NCBI GenBank assembly: GCA_051047955.1
Contig: JBPGPT010000005.1
Location: forward strand, 372,001 to 436,000
Reading direction: 5' to 3'
Length of the DNA: 64,000 nt
DNA from: Cystobasidiomycetes sp. EMM_F5
Taxonomy: Eukaryota
Shown: piece by piece, positions 26,567-39,828 of the stretch
Layout: each line of letters opens with the position of its first letter
How positions within the stretch are numbered: position 1 is the stretch's first letter
Made by a program: the position numbers and the translations under genes
Notes under the pieces: model-generated
Database searches by the model: none
Told to the model about the DNA's origin: nothing
What the model saw: the letters and a program-made list of their open reading frames with translations, nothing else

Positions 26567-27618
26567 AGTTTGCTGGTCCGTAAGTTAGTTAGTGAGCGTG
26601 TCGGAGTCGCGTCGTCACTTTTTGATTGAAATAGCATTCCAATGATCATATGCATGCCGAAAGGGATTATCCGAGCCGCCGCCACCCCCTGAAACGAGAA
26701 ACTTCGCTTTGCATTCGTTCCTACTCTCAACAGCCATTCTGTCACCTCCATCTACTGTCTACGATCTCCTCCCTGACATCACTAACCCGTCTGATCTAAT
26801 CAATCGGATCTCCGCCTTTTGGACCGTCGGTCTTCACGGGAGCCGCCGGACGTCCGGCCATAGATTCAGAACACTTCGTATACTGATGTGGGACAGCGCT
26901 GTCCTCGCGTCGAGCCTGGTTCCCGTGTCGGTTCTAGTGTACAGACCCTGCTCCACTGAAACTTCAATCCGCTCGTTTCTATTCAGTGACGTGCGCACTT
27001 CCAATTTGAAATGATGTTTTTTGAAAAGGTTTACCAGAGCGTGGTAGCTGTGGTGCTCAAGCGGGCAAGCCTAACACAGCCGTGTCATGCTCTAGTGAGA
27101 AAGGCTTAACTCGATCTTCACCCTCAATCTTCACGCCTTAAATTCTGGGTCGTTGCTTCGTACCAACACAACCGGGCATTGCAGCAGCCTGCTCTGGCGA
27201 GCGGCTACAATCACATTCGCTTCTGTCACGGTCTCTGCTCCATCTGTTGCCCATACACAGCTCTACTGGTTAAACTGCCCGCTGAAATACTGCGCTCCGA
27301 GTCCACCTTCCCCGACAACAAAGCCGACTTTGACATGCAGAGCGATGGGACAGACCATCACCAAAAGACTCGTGCTATACCTAGTGATTGTTGTCGCCTT
27401 TCTCGTTCACCAGGTTGAAACCAGCACGTCAGGTCAGTCAACCCCGTATCCTTGCGACTTGTCTGCTCCGAACGTCACACATTGGTCTTGGGGCGCAAAC
27501 ACAAGCCTTGGTACGGAGTCGATCTACATTACTATTCTGCTATTCTGATAGCATCTTGCGATAGCCTTCAATCATCTAACGCCTACTTCCCAAGTGTCGC
27601 CGCTGGCGGCCTTTTAGA

Positions 27619-27683
27619 CATTGATCCTCCTACTGGGGCGGGTGCATTCCATTGATCCTCCTACTGGGGCGGGTGCATTCCAT
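27619..27683. repeat. Perfect 31-bp tandem duplication
   Basis: CATTGATCCTCCTACTGGGGCGGGTGCATTC at 27619-27649 and 27650-27680, followed by CAT. Confidence 0.95.
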
Positions 27684-29057
27684 GTTCGCGCTGGAGTCGC
27701 GTGCAGCGATACCAGAATTGAAGTCGAAGGCGTGAGTACGAGGATCTCCTCAATCTCGTTTGGCAGCTGCCGCTGATGAGACTTGATCGCAGTAACACAC
27801 GCATGACTGAAACTTCACAACTCTTCCATCCTGGAAGCGTAGACCTCGAAGGTGCAGCAAAGTGCAATGTTGCTTCTGCGACTGTCTCGGATGCTGCAAG
27901 AGTCTGTTAGGACATCGAAGACAGAACTTTGAATTAACATATACTTATCTAGGCCGCAATCGCTGAAAATCCATTGCTATCGAAGCTGGTTCCCCTCACC
28001 GTCACCGGCGTGTCTTCCCTGACCCTTCACGATTCGCTGTACCAACACGACACCACCAGCGCCCACGAATCGTCTGCTGGGCACCGCGCAAATGGCATAG
28101 AGCCTTTCCTGCACTGCTTTCAGATACTGGATATCGCAGGTCTCCGCCGAGAAAGGCGTGCTACAGAGGCAGACTGGACTGGCACTGGTGCAAGTTCAAC
28201 GAACTTTATTATAGGAGGCATAACCTGCGATTCTGACAGGATTTTCATTGAATGACTCGTTTTGACAGATCTACGACCCTTCGCAATTAACCTACTTCTT
28301 TTCTCCAATCTGCGAGGTTAGCAGATCTGCAAACGCAGGTTGACATGCATATGCAGTATTTTGCTACCGTATCGTCGCTTATGCCGATTCGCTCGAACGA
28401 TTGGGCTCAGTGTCCACAAATACCTGCTCTTGATATTTCACGTATGTATTAGGTATCGACATTAAGGCGAGTCTCAGTCGATATGACGTATTACCGTGCG
28501 AGAAAGAACGGGCGCTAACCGCCTCTGCAATTGTACAGACTACTTACGCCTTGGCATATGCGACGACATACGAACCGTACGGTATGCGCGAGCGATGGCG
28601 AGAACAGTAGAGACAGTGTTGACTAGGATATAAAGCGCCTTGACCAAATTGCAGGCAGTCTCCGGCGTCTGAACTATGTATACGTACACAAGGATCCTGA
28701 TATACAGCGTTGTCAACGCAAGGATACTTTTGCATGTAGACATGCTCTTTTGTTTCTGTCAGACTTTGCCGTTGACAGCCGCCGAAGAAGCCGTGCTTTG
28801 GGTCCCCTCGGGTTCCCCTGACACTGTACCTCACTCAAACTGACGCCGTGCGCTGTGTTTTCTCTCTCCTCTCGTGCATTGACTGGCTCTACCGCATACT
28901 CATCGTCGACAGTTCTCCGCAATTTCTCACTCATCGCCCACCCACTCTCATTCGACAAACAGCAGCAGCACTTGCGCCTCAACAGTCTCCAGATCGATAT
29001 CACTCGGCAAATCCTGCCAGCACAATACAGACACCAGTCACTCACGCAGAAGTCACC

Positions 29058-30724
29058 ATGATCAGCTCATATCGATATTACAACATCGTTGCAGTCTACC
29101 TCGTCCTCCGTCACGCAGCTGGCCTGCACTTCTCGGTCGCCGCATCCTCGCACAATCCTGCAGTCCCCGCACCCCATATCCGCAGATCACAGCACGCAAA
29201 GCTCGCAGCTCGTCTCCAACTCGCACAGCAATCTGAGCGTAGAGGCCTGTCTACCCTGGTGTCTGGCACTGGCGATGGCACATTCTACTACGATGTGAAC
29301 GGAGCGGGTGCGATGACCCTCTCATCTCACCTTCCGTCACCGTTCGACGGCTGATGTGAAAGTCTAAACTATACAGGAACATGCGGTCCCGTCAATGGAG
29401 TCTACTCGTTCCCTGAAACGCACGGTATCGCAATGTGCGAACCCTACACAAAGTACAAGAACCTTGCCCAAAGAAATTCAAACAAGGTGGTGGCAATGTG
29501 AGTATCCGCAAATGTTGCCGTGAGCAAGCATACTCATCACAATCTATCTTCCTGCAGCTCGGCTTCTGCTATGCGCGGCAATCTCGCTCAGTGGTGCGGG
29601 AAGGAAGTTGTCATCTCGTACAAAGGCAATACCATCGGCGGATTTGTTCTCTGGGATGGCTGTGCCTCCTGCGACAGCACCGTGAGCAGACTCTGTTCAC
29701 TCCGTTGTCGAGTTGCCCTCGCTAAGGGCCCTCCATATTCAGAATGGAATTGACCTATCTTCGACCGAATTCGGAAACCTCATTGGCGCAGCCAATTGCG
29801 GGATGGGTCGTGTTGGCGGCGTTAGCTGTGAGTAGATGAAGATAATATTTTGAACACTTCGTCACTTATGCTAACATGTTGCACCGGCTTCCAGGGAAAG
29901 TAACGAGTAATCAGCTATGGGACTACCCAACAGGGAACCCTGTCAACAGGGGCGTAGACAGCAATGACAATAACCATGACGACAAGCCGGTTCCAGCCTC
30001 TTCTTCCTCTTCTCACATCGCTACTCCTGTCCCAAGCACTTCACACAAAGCGTCTTCCACCGCACCTACGTCTACAGTCTTGCCAGATGAGCCTTCTTCA
30101 ACATCTTTTATCACGAAAAGTACGTCTTCGACAGCACGTCCTTCATCTTCTTCTCAAGCTCCAGCTTCCGAGAAGCCAGTCCTCGAGCCCTCTTCGTCCT
30201 CCTCTTCTACCATCTCCACTCGCACACGAACCCGTACGCGTACTTCATTATCGTCGACATCTACTTTAAAACCTTCGATCAGCGTGCCAACATCAAGTGA
30301 TGCACCTGACAGTACCTCTTCAACAACAAGCGCTCCTGTTAGAACGATCACTAGAAACTTGATTCCTGTCCCGATTCTCTCTGGTAGCGCTTCCGACAGC
30401 GACATCAAGCTAGAGCCCACTCTTGAATCCAAATCTCCATCGAATGTGCTAATTCCGTCACCTACAACGTCACCCGCTCAAGCCTCCACATCTCCGCAAG
30501 CGCCTCTAGCAGGCCCATCCGACAATAGCGACGAAGAAGGCAGTCTATGCAACGCTACGCCAGGCGCGTGGCGGTGTGCAGCTTCTTCAAACAATATGCA
30601 ACAGTGCATCTACAATGAGGATGGCACGGCATGGGTGTGGACAACAAGAGTCGTCTGTGGATCGAAACCTTTGAATTGCGGGACGCCTGTTCCTGTCTGT
30701 GCGGATCCCATCAGTGGACAATGA
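29058..30724 (+). CDS. Secreted expansin-like / RlpA double-psi beta-barrel protein with Ser/Thr linker and a C-terminal Cys-rich (CBM19-like) module
   Basis: GDGTFYYDVNGA|GTCG, VAM, WCGKEVVISYKG, LWDGCASC, IDLS; long S/T/P tract; CNATPGAWRC...QQC...WVW...C..C..C. Confidence 0.75.
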
Positions 30725-31282
30725 TAACAAGGGATGATCTGGAATCGGAATGCACGCTACGCAAGCAAAAGGAGCCGGACTCTTGCGACGGTATTTTCAG
30801 GACTATACGCTCTGAGGAAATTTCAACGAAACAACATTGATCAACAGAAGGGGGATATCAGCTAGACTGATCAAAAAGCCGGCCTTACATTAGGGCTATT
30901 GTGATTCTATAATACGAGATTGAAATCTCGGATGCCAGACGGATGAAGTCTTTTCTCGCCCTTCTGGGTTCGGCACGCAAGTGGCAGTCGGATGCTTTGA
31001 CCGACAGAGCAACATCGGCGGAGCCATGTTTGTTAGTCTACAAATCCGTCTTTGCGCGTTTGGCGTATGTTGTTGTAGCCTTGATGGAATGCAGCAGTTG
31101 CCTATTTTATCGCAAGAATCTGCGAGCCGTGGTCGAGACTTCTAGTCTCGGGTGCAGGGCCTTGTTGAGAGATGTTGCTGTTGTTTGTGTAGCTTTGCGA
31201 GTAATGCCCAAGCTGGGTTCCTGCTGTCCAATGCTATTCGCTGCCGATATTGTGGCGCAAATCATGTTGCGGATGGAACAAA

Positions 31283-31599
31283 TCAACCTAGGACATCGGT
31301 CTTGTTTGCTTCTCCAGCGTGCTGTTTCTGAGTGCCGGGATCCAATCCTCTGAATCGTTTCCGCATGTCGAGCTGGAATGCCACAATCGACATCAGACGT
31401 AGCCAATGTGCAGTATCTGGAATCAGCGCACCATTCCGCGCTTGCATTCAAAGTATGCGAATCTTAAGTGCCTGCACTGCTCGGGCAATTCCTCTGCATG
31501 CTCCTTGATGCAGTCTTGCGGTGTATTATTCTGGCGGAGGACGCAGTCGGATCGCATTACGCAGGCGACGAAATCGTTGCGTAATTGGGAGCAGGACAT
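31283..31599 (-). CDS. PET191: Cytochrome c oxidase assembly factor Pet191/COA5 (missed by the ORF track)
   Basis: Exon 1 31432-31599 MSCSQLRNDFVACVMRSDCVLRQNNTPQDCIKEHAEELPEQCRHLRFAYFECKRGM, 59-nt intron, exon 2 LDMRKRFRG...; Cx9C pattern and CKRGMLDMRKRFRG signature. Confidence 0.92.
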
Positions 31600-31988
31600 G
31601 GCAGTGAAGCGGTGTGCAGAGATATAGGATCTGTGTGTAGTTGCTGTATTTCCAGATCTTGTTTCTTTGCAACGGATTTTTGGTAGGTTGTAAGGTTAGT
31701 CGACGAATGAGCTCGGGTGCATCCGTTACCGACAGTCGAATTACCAGCAGCAAGATACAATGCAAAGTCGGGATACAAGCATGGAGACCGCGTGCTTCAA
31801 GGTTGCAATATAAAACATGCTGATGGACAAAAGCTTTGCCCTGCCTGTTGAATATCAATTCGCATCAAACGCGTCCAGATCTCTCCTCGCGCCGTCAAAC
31901 GTAGCGAAGACGGACGGAGCGCGTCGACTTCTGAGAACACCTCTAATGCAAACTGACAGTGAGCCAACTGATGGCAGACGATTTGCAC

Positions 31989-33144
31989 ATGGTGCCCCGC
32001 GGGCGGACTTGTAGCGATGACCAGGATGAGCAAATGCAGCCTCCTCGCCAACGTCGGAAGATTAGCGACGACTGCGTAGACGAGCCAGATGTCATTCTTC
32101 TGTATGTCCGCTGTCGTAGCGAAACCGGTTGCTTAGGCTGCTGATATACTTAAGCTGACTTTCCCATTGCCCGACAGCTGTGACAACGGCGTAGAACTCC
32201 CTGCACACAAGAATCGTCTCATGGTCACTTGTGATCTCTTCGATGAAATGTTTCGTGTGATCCAGGATGACACGAATGGACCTAACGACACTACCTCCAC
32301 ATCCTCGAAATTGCCCATCATTCCTCTGCTCGAATCGTCTACGGTAGCATTCATAGTTTTGCCAATGATTTATCGGACAGCTCCGACCGACCTGGAGACA
32401 GAGGATTTAGATATTCTCATGCGAGCTACTAGACTCGCCCACAGGCTAGGCTTGTCATCTATGCTGGTTGGATGGATCGCGCACTATCTTGAACGCCAGT
32501 AAGAGCGCAACAGTAATGAGCAAGTTACCTACTGAAGTCATTGCCTGTGATGACGCCTCGCACATTAACAACCAGGATTATGTCGAGAGTATCTACAAGC
32601 TTGCGTGTGATCTCGATTTAGAGCGGTTGCGACTGGCAGCTGTCCCAGAGATGGTCCGCAAGCACAGTCTTCTCAATGGACCTGAATTAGTCGCGCAAAT
32701 TGGCCTCGCACAAGCCAAGTACATTGTAAGAGGCGGTCAATTCCCTGATGAGCGGAGGTCACAAACCTGAAGTCATTCATCACTTTCAATTATCGCTACC
32801 GCCTGCAGCACGAACATGAAACTCATCTGTTTTAAAAAGCCCTCAAACAGCTACGGCTTATCCATAGAGACCCCCGAACAAATCCAGACTGTTTGAGACT
32901 GGCATGCCCTTGCAATCCTAGAAGTGTTTTTGGCGGTGTCCTTGATGCAGGATCCGAATACATCGGCGGCATTTATCATGGTCTGTGCGATTTGGCATTC
33001 AGCGGCGAAAATAGATTGGAACGCGACATGCAGGATCTCCTGATTTGCCTAGGCGACATTGAGGGCGAGCATACTTGCAAGTACTGGGTCGCGGTAAGAG
33101 ACCAAGTTGAGGGACTACAGTCCACGCTGGACGGCCTGTGGTAG
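31989..33144 (+). pseudogene. BTB/POZ-like protein, paralog 1; probably disrupted
   Basis: DVILL|CDNGVELPAHKNRLMVTCDLFDEMF; in-frame TAA at 32833-32835 where paralog 2 has AAA; intron 2 has no obvious in-phase acceptor. Confidence 0.6.
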
Positions 33145-33570
33145 CAGTACAAAACATTCAGCAAACCGCCGACAATGCATACTTTGGACTACGCTCTCCC
33201 TAGCAGGTAGCTATCGTACATATGGGCTGCAAGCAATTTGTGTAGACGCAAAACACCGAAAAGCCCGCTGCTCCGTGCCATGCTGGATACAGATAATCCA
33301 GGCTCTCAGAAAGATTAAATCAGGTTTGTTTGCGCATTGAATGTGACTTAAATGAACGGGATATAGCGTAACACTTTGTGCGAAGCTACAGAAGCTATTG
33401 TCTGCTTTCGTGAACATATCGCGTTGATCCCCGCTCTGCGACACGGTACCTGAACGTTACAGTAACGCGCTGTTCCTGCCTATCGACCGATTTGCTTGGC
33501 CGCTCAGTACATGATCACATCCTTGTTTTCTCGCACACACTCGTCGCTCATTGTCCCAGACACAGCTGGG

Positions 33571-34693
33571 ATGCCACCACGTCGACGCGCTCGTGACAGC
33601 GATGCGAGCGTCACCCTCCAAGCAGAAGCGTCGAAACGCCGCAAGATTAGCGAAACTTGCTCCGACGAGCCAGACGTCGTTCTTCTGTGCGATCAGCTGT
33701 GCATACTATCATGCCACCGCAGACTGATCTGCCCTTTCGTGCGCACAGCTGCGATGATGGTGTCGAGATTCTAGCACACAAGAGCCGCCTGGCTGCGAAT
33801 TGCGAACTGTTTGATGAGATGTTTCGACTAGCCCGGTCCGACACGCCTGGGACCGTAGCTCAGGCATCGTCATCGTCCTCATCTTCCGCACCTGTCCTTC
33901 CTGTCATTCCCCTCCTCGAATCTTCTGCGATAGCTTTGCTTGTGTTGCCCATGGCATATCGAGCATCTCCTGCCACGCTACAGGACAGATCGTTCGATGA
34001 GCTACTCCAATGCGTGAAATTCGCCCACCGGATTGGTATGTCCACTGTCGAATGGATCGCGCAGTATCTGGAGCCACAGTACGTACATCTATGTCTTCGC
34101 AACATTGCGTAGCAGTCAATGAAGATATTTGATATGCAGTATACCACGTCACGTATCAGTGATATACGCGCTGGCTTGCAATCTTGACCTGCAGCGTTTG
34201 CGCAGTGCAGCTTTTCCAGAAATGCTGCGCTGTCATGCGCTCTCTGAAGGCCCTGACATCACCACCGAGCTCGGTCTAACGCATGCGAAGGAGGTGGTAA
34301 GTCAGATGCTCGCCCTCTTCTCACTTCTCGATTCTGAGAAGCTGACTTCTTACGTTCAACCTGAAGCACCTCGGCAAGCTGAACTTGTTCAAAGAGTTCT
34401 TGTGTCAATTAGACAACATAAAGTCAAGCTCAGAAGATGCCTGGGACTTGGCTTGCGGATGCCACTACTCCGATGTCGATCGTCGAGATCTCACCCTGAA
34501 TGTCGGTCGCATCTACCGCGGTTTATGCAAAGTCATACTTGGCGTTTGGTCATATGAAAACGGATTAGAAGAAGAATTGGACATTATGAAGGACGCGCTG
34601 GAAGAATCTAACCACATGTGTTCGGACTGGAGGGAGGTGGAGCAGAATCTGGAGAAGTTGCGCAACCTGAAAGATCGCTTATATGCGAGCTAG
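33571..34693 (+). CDS. BTB/POZ-like protein, paralog 2 (intact, 3 introns)
   Basis: DVVLL|CDDGVEILAHKSRLAANCELFDEMF, IPLLESS..LVLPMAY, IYALAC..L..L; NLS-like KRRKIS; same intron positions as paralog 1. Confidence 0.75.
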
Positions 34694-35090
34694 ATCATCG
34701 GTCTCAACTTCAAGTTTGTTGCGTGTCACGAAGATTAGTCGGGGTTGAAATAATACTCTGCAGCTGGCTCTTGTCACAATGTTAGAGCATTCTTCCTTCC
34801 ACGACATCGCAAAATTCTCGATATGTCCGGCTGTCCGAGAATGTTAAGGACAAGGAAGGGCAGGCTGAGCGGAACACATGCGGCCAGCCAAATATCAGAA
34901 ATACGTTCGTACGGGGCTAAGAGCTTCCCGGAGCAGTCTTAATATTGCTCCTTCGATCATGCTGTCACCGAGCTGGCCGGCCGAGTATGCAGACGCCTTG
35001 CTCTGCGCGATATGACAATGCTGCGATGCGAATGCTGCCATTGCCAGTCCATCTGAGCAGCGCAGCCCGCTGACCAGCCGTGTGCAGACA

Positions 35091-36450
35091 ATGTCGAAGG
35101 AGTTTGATTCGGAAGCAGCCTGGCCACATTTGAACGAGCAAGAAGATTACGACGGAGCTGTTGAACCGCTGCTGGAGGGTGATTCTGCTGTAGAACAGCC
35201 TGCGGCTACGTTCAAGTATACGCACATGCGCTTGATAGCCGCGTTCACTCTACCAGCGCTTCTTCTGGTCTTTGCGCTATATAGGGCCATCGCTGTAATC
35301 GCCTCTCCATCCGGCATGCTCGTCACCTCGTCGTCCCGCTCCAGCACTACCTCGACATTCGTGCCCACCAAGTACGAGGTAGTGCAAGGCGTCTTTGCGC
35401 AAAGCGAAAGTAGGCATGAACGGTGTCTAAAGAATTCGCTAATTTCACTGCTCATGAATGAGCTCCCTTACAGCTACATACACTGGCAACACCTATGACA
35501 TGCTCAATGACTCGTTCGGTCTCATTGATAAATCGCCAAACCGGTGGCGCAACCTCATCACCCAGATCAACATGCTTAACGCCAATTCGGACGGGCTGAC
35601 AGCCTACAAACTCTTTTACGTCGCAAGACATGGTGAAGGCTACCATAATGTTGGAGAAGCAAAGTACGGAACGGCAGAGTGGGATTGCGTGAGGGGTCTA
35701 ATTGTGCAAATATTGCTCGACTCTGACTAACTCGAGCCATAATCAGCATTGGTCGATGCTCAACGGTGATGGAGATATCGTCTGGGGTCCGGATCCACAT
35801 CTCACACCGAAAGGCGAAAGGCAAGCGAGTACGGTCAATGCCGCTTGGAAACGTCAAATCGAAGACGACGTCCCGTTACCTCAAATGATGTATTCTAGCC
35901 CTCTTCGGCGGTCATCGGATACTCTGCAGATTACGTGGTCAGACATATTGCTCGACAAGGGTTTCCAGCCCATTATCAAGGAGAATTGGCGAGAATCTAT
36001 AGGCTTACATACTTGCGATAAGCGATCAACAAAGTCGATAATTGCTGCAGAACATCCAAGATGGCGGTTTGAGGATACCTTCACCGAACAAGACGAGCTA
36101 TGGACGGCCACTTATCAGGAGACGAATCCTCAGCAGGCAATCAGGACGCATCACATTCTGAATGAGCTGTTTGCGACCGATCCAGCGGCCTTCATTGGCA
36201 TCACAGCCCATTCCGGTACCATTACAGCTTTCTTCACCGTCGTCGGTCACCATAATTTTGGAGTCGGTACTGGCGGTTTCGTACCGATACTCGTTAAAGC
36301 AACGGGGTAAGCTCTTGTCACGCATGTGTCATGCTATTCACTGCTGAAAAGTAAGACAGGCATCGCAACGAAAGCCAAGCCATCATTACTGGCGGTCAAA
36401 GTGCCACAGCTCCAGTTTGTGCTGCCACAGCGCATTCTGCTGCAATCTAG
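35091..36450 (+). CDS. Histidine phosphatase / phosphoglycerate-mutase-like protein (Pmu1 type) with an N-terminal TM anchor
   Basis: KLFYVARHGEGYHN, DPHLTPKG, YSSPLRR, RESIGLHTCDKRS, ITAHSG; TM LIAAFTLPALLLVFALYRAIAVIA. Confidence 0.85.
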
Positions 36451-36534
36451 AATTAGTGCATATTGTAGCATTCAGCAGAATTAGTCCACCACATAAGAGA
36501 TAATTGTAATTGTATGGAAACAACATCGTATGCA

Positions 36535-38122
36535 TCACTTTGCCCTTCTATGCACAACATTCTTGCCCACTTCCATGTATTCTGCTCTTCCAATCCACAA
36601 TTGATGGAAGGTGCCCAGACTTGCGAGATTACTTCCTCCGAGCCAGCTCGAGTATTTTCGCGCAACCATATTGCCCGGTGCTTCGATCTTGGGGCGCGCG
36701 TTGCCCGCAAGACGCGTCAAGTCGTAATTGAGCCTGTCGAGGAAACCTGGCAACAGCGTGGTTCCGCCAACGACCACTATATTTTGAAGAAGCGTTGGGT
36801 GTAGATCCACATCGTTTGCTCGTAAAGCGTTCATGACGAGTTGAGGTATTGGCACAGCCTGGCCTAGTGCGGGCGTGGGCATGGTACTGTTTGGAGTAGC
36901 TATTGAGGGTAGTGAGGTGAATTCTGGCGGTAACATGCCCGCAGGATTGAACATCACTTCTGGAATGCGATACCGCATCGCTCCAAAGTAATTATTGAAG
37001 CCGTCTGGGAACTCGAATAAGCGTGGCGGTTTTTGAGAAAGAAGACTGGGCGAGTAGTCCAGGTCAGCAGAATATAATGGAAACGTAGTATATGCGCCGC
37101 TTACTTCTCATCGAAAGAGGTTGTCGATACTTCCAAAACACTTTCCTTGAAATTATGTAGTACTTGCGCTTGGGCGTAACGCGAGAACGAGTCGGTCATG
37201 CCTTCTATCCGATCATCACGCAGGCTGAAGCGTGCCGGTTGACCAGGTTGCACTTCGCGCTTGTCCTTGATGGTGCAATGCGGTCTGATTTCTAAGGGTG
37301 GATTGCTCGAGCGAAAGAGGGAGGATATGTAGGAAGTGAGCAGCGAGCCACCCAACGGAGATTTCTGTATGCCTGAAATCAAATGGTCAAAAACGGTTCC
37401 GTAGGCTTTAGCAATATAGTTGACCTACCTTTGCGTATCACAAAGCCATCGTATATCGGCATACAGGAAGTCACATCTTCGCCGACATCTAGGATAAGAG
37501 ACGTCCCTTTGCCAACCGAAAAGCTTGTGAGGACGTTCTTGTCCACGCTGTAGAAAGCTGGGGCTCCCCATCCTTCGAAAGCAAGCTCTGTCCAGCGTTC
37601 CCTATTTTCTTTACTTTGCCATGTAGGCTCCGATACAAGCAGCGGATGCTCTTCCAGAGAGGACAAACGCATCTGTCCTCTCAGAGCGCCTTCCACTATC
37701 CGCTCTACGCCTGGCCAGTCTTCAATAACGCCATCTCGTAATGGACTGTGTACAGTCTTTCCTGCGCGGTAGACTGCTGGGCCGGAAGCGTCTCCAATGA
37801 AGTATTGACCGCTTTTGCTACTGCCAGCGCCATTGTTGGCTGTTGCGCCATCCGCTTCTCCGTCTGCCGCAATGTATCCATATGAACTTGGAGTGACAAC
37901 CCGTGGTGTATCTTCGCCGGCATAGCTGAAACAAGCCAACATGTAAGTAAAGGACAGCGAGTGTACTCGATAAGCCTTATTTGCTGACCCTGCGCGTGTC
38001 GTAGTTGTGCCCACATCCAGCACAACAGCCGACACTTCGTCTTTTTGGATACGGTCAATCAGCTGCCTTCGCTGAGCACGTAGGAAACTTCGCGTCTGCT
38101 CACCACCGCCGTAGACGACCAT
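36535..38122 (-). CDS. ARP4: Nuclear actin-related protein 4
   Basis: MVVYGG|DEVSAVVLDVG...RAG|YAGEDTP, HPLLVSEP, ELAFE, FEFPDGFN, SWLGGSNLASLGTFHQLWI. Confidence 0.92.
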
Positions 38123-38251
38123 CTAGCCGACAGCAATCACGAAGCCAGACCGTTCCTCTCAAATTGTATGGCCAGCTTCAAATCCCAGTCGAAGCTGTCA
38201 AGGTGAAGCAGCCTGTCCGACCAGGTCGTCGATCGAAGGCACGGCAGCGTG

Positions 38252-39581
38252 ATGCAAAGATATCTGATTGCCCCGCTGGCAAAGACTCGCAGTCTGCTTT
38301 CCGTCACTGGCGCAGATGCCGCGCACTTTCTCCAGGGCCTCGTGTCGAATAATGTTCTTCCTACTTCACATGCGTCATCAGATCGCAAAAACGGCGAAGC
38401 GCATGGCATTTACGCAGGCTTCTTCGCCGCCAATGGACGTCTACTCCAAGATACCTTTGTTCTTCCCTCGGCTAGCTCCTCCGCCTCTTCAAACACAGAC
38501 TACATCATTGATTATCCTAAACAAGTGACAGCTCCGCTGCTACCTTCCTATATCAAGCGGTTCATACTCAGAAGCAAAGTGAAGAGCAAGAGTCTCGATG
38601 ACAGTCTATCAGCATGGGGAGTCTTCCGTCATCCCCTCGCTCAAAAATTTGCCATGGGGGATAACGCAACGAGCATCGAAGACGAGCTATCCGCACTAGC
38701 TAACGAACATCATGGCACGTGGTGGAGGGATACTCGAGCTACAGGTATGGGCTACCGTCTGCTACTTCCTCCAACGTACGACGTGACCAGTAGGTGCCCA
38801 TCCGTGTTTGGTCCTGAGCCTTCGCTGAGCTTGTCTGTTGCAGACACATCATTCGAGTCTGCTGACACATCACTGCACTCGCTACTGAGGGCGATCGTCA
38901 ATGTACCCGAAATGCCCATGGAGCTCAAGCAGAACGTGGCAATACCGCTCGAAAGTAATCTGGACGTCATGGGTGGCAGTGAGTCTGCCGCAATTACCTG
39001 AAGACCGAGATGTTGTCTGAAAACAATGTAAAACCAGTCGACTTCCGCAAGGGCTGCTATATCGGACAAGAGCTGACGGCACGGACTTGGCATACTGGAG
39101 TCATTCGCAAGCGTATCGTCCCGTTCAGGCTGTATGGGCCGGAAGAGAGGTGTGCACAGCTGAATACAATTTTTGGGCCTGGCTGACGAAATTGTCGCAA
39201 AACAGCGCTCCCGACTCTTTGCTACCGCCAGATTGGACTGAGCTCGCATCGGTGGAAGAGTTACCGGATGCGGAATCTGCAGATGTGCGGGTGGACGGCC
39301 CTTCCGAGCCATCACTTCAGTCACGAGGAAGGTCTCGCGCGGCGGGGAATCTGCGGAGCATTGTGAAAGTGACTGGAAGTAATGGGGAGGTCATCCACCT
39401 CGGGCTGGCCCTCTTGAGGCTCGAGCTGGCAGATGAGCAGCTCTCAACTACTATCAACGGAGTTGTCACACAAAATGAGCCTTCGGCGCTCGAATCTACA
39501 GTGTCGACGACTGCACCTCATCCAGCAGCAGGGGATTGGCGCGTCAAGGTGTTCCGCGAAAGCCTTGCCAATGCGAGGTAG
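38252..39581 (+). CDS. IBA57: Mitochondrial Fe-S maturation factor Iba57/Caf17 (YgfZ/GcvT family)
   Basis: [57 protein letters not shown]. Confidence 0.9.
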
Positions 39582-39828
39582 ATCACGCATAGTCATGATA
39601 ATGCCTTGCTCTCTTTCATCCTGTTTGTATTGCCGTAGCTGGCCCACGACGCGTCGCGGAGGGTCCACGCGTCACTGCCCAAAGTCGCCACCTCAACGGT
39701 CGTTGCGCAATCACTGCTCCTGGCGAAGTTTCCAGGCGTCCCCAGGCCTTTCGTCTCTTGACTTCGCTCAGACCTTTCTGCAGAAACTTGACAACCATTA
39801 CTAGCAAACGTCGACCGCGCATCTCAAC

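Noticed and set aside
27619..27683. CRISPR-like 31-bp repeat
   Set aside because: Two directly adjacent copies, no spacer, no cas genes, eukaryotic context.
32833..32835. Stop-codon recoding or A-to-I editing rescuing BTB copy 1
   Set aside because: TAA is used as a normal stop elsewhere in the window, and a second independent lesion favours decay.
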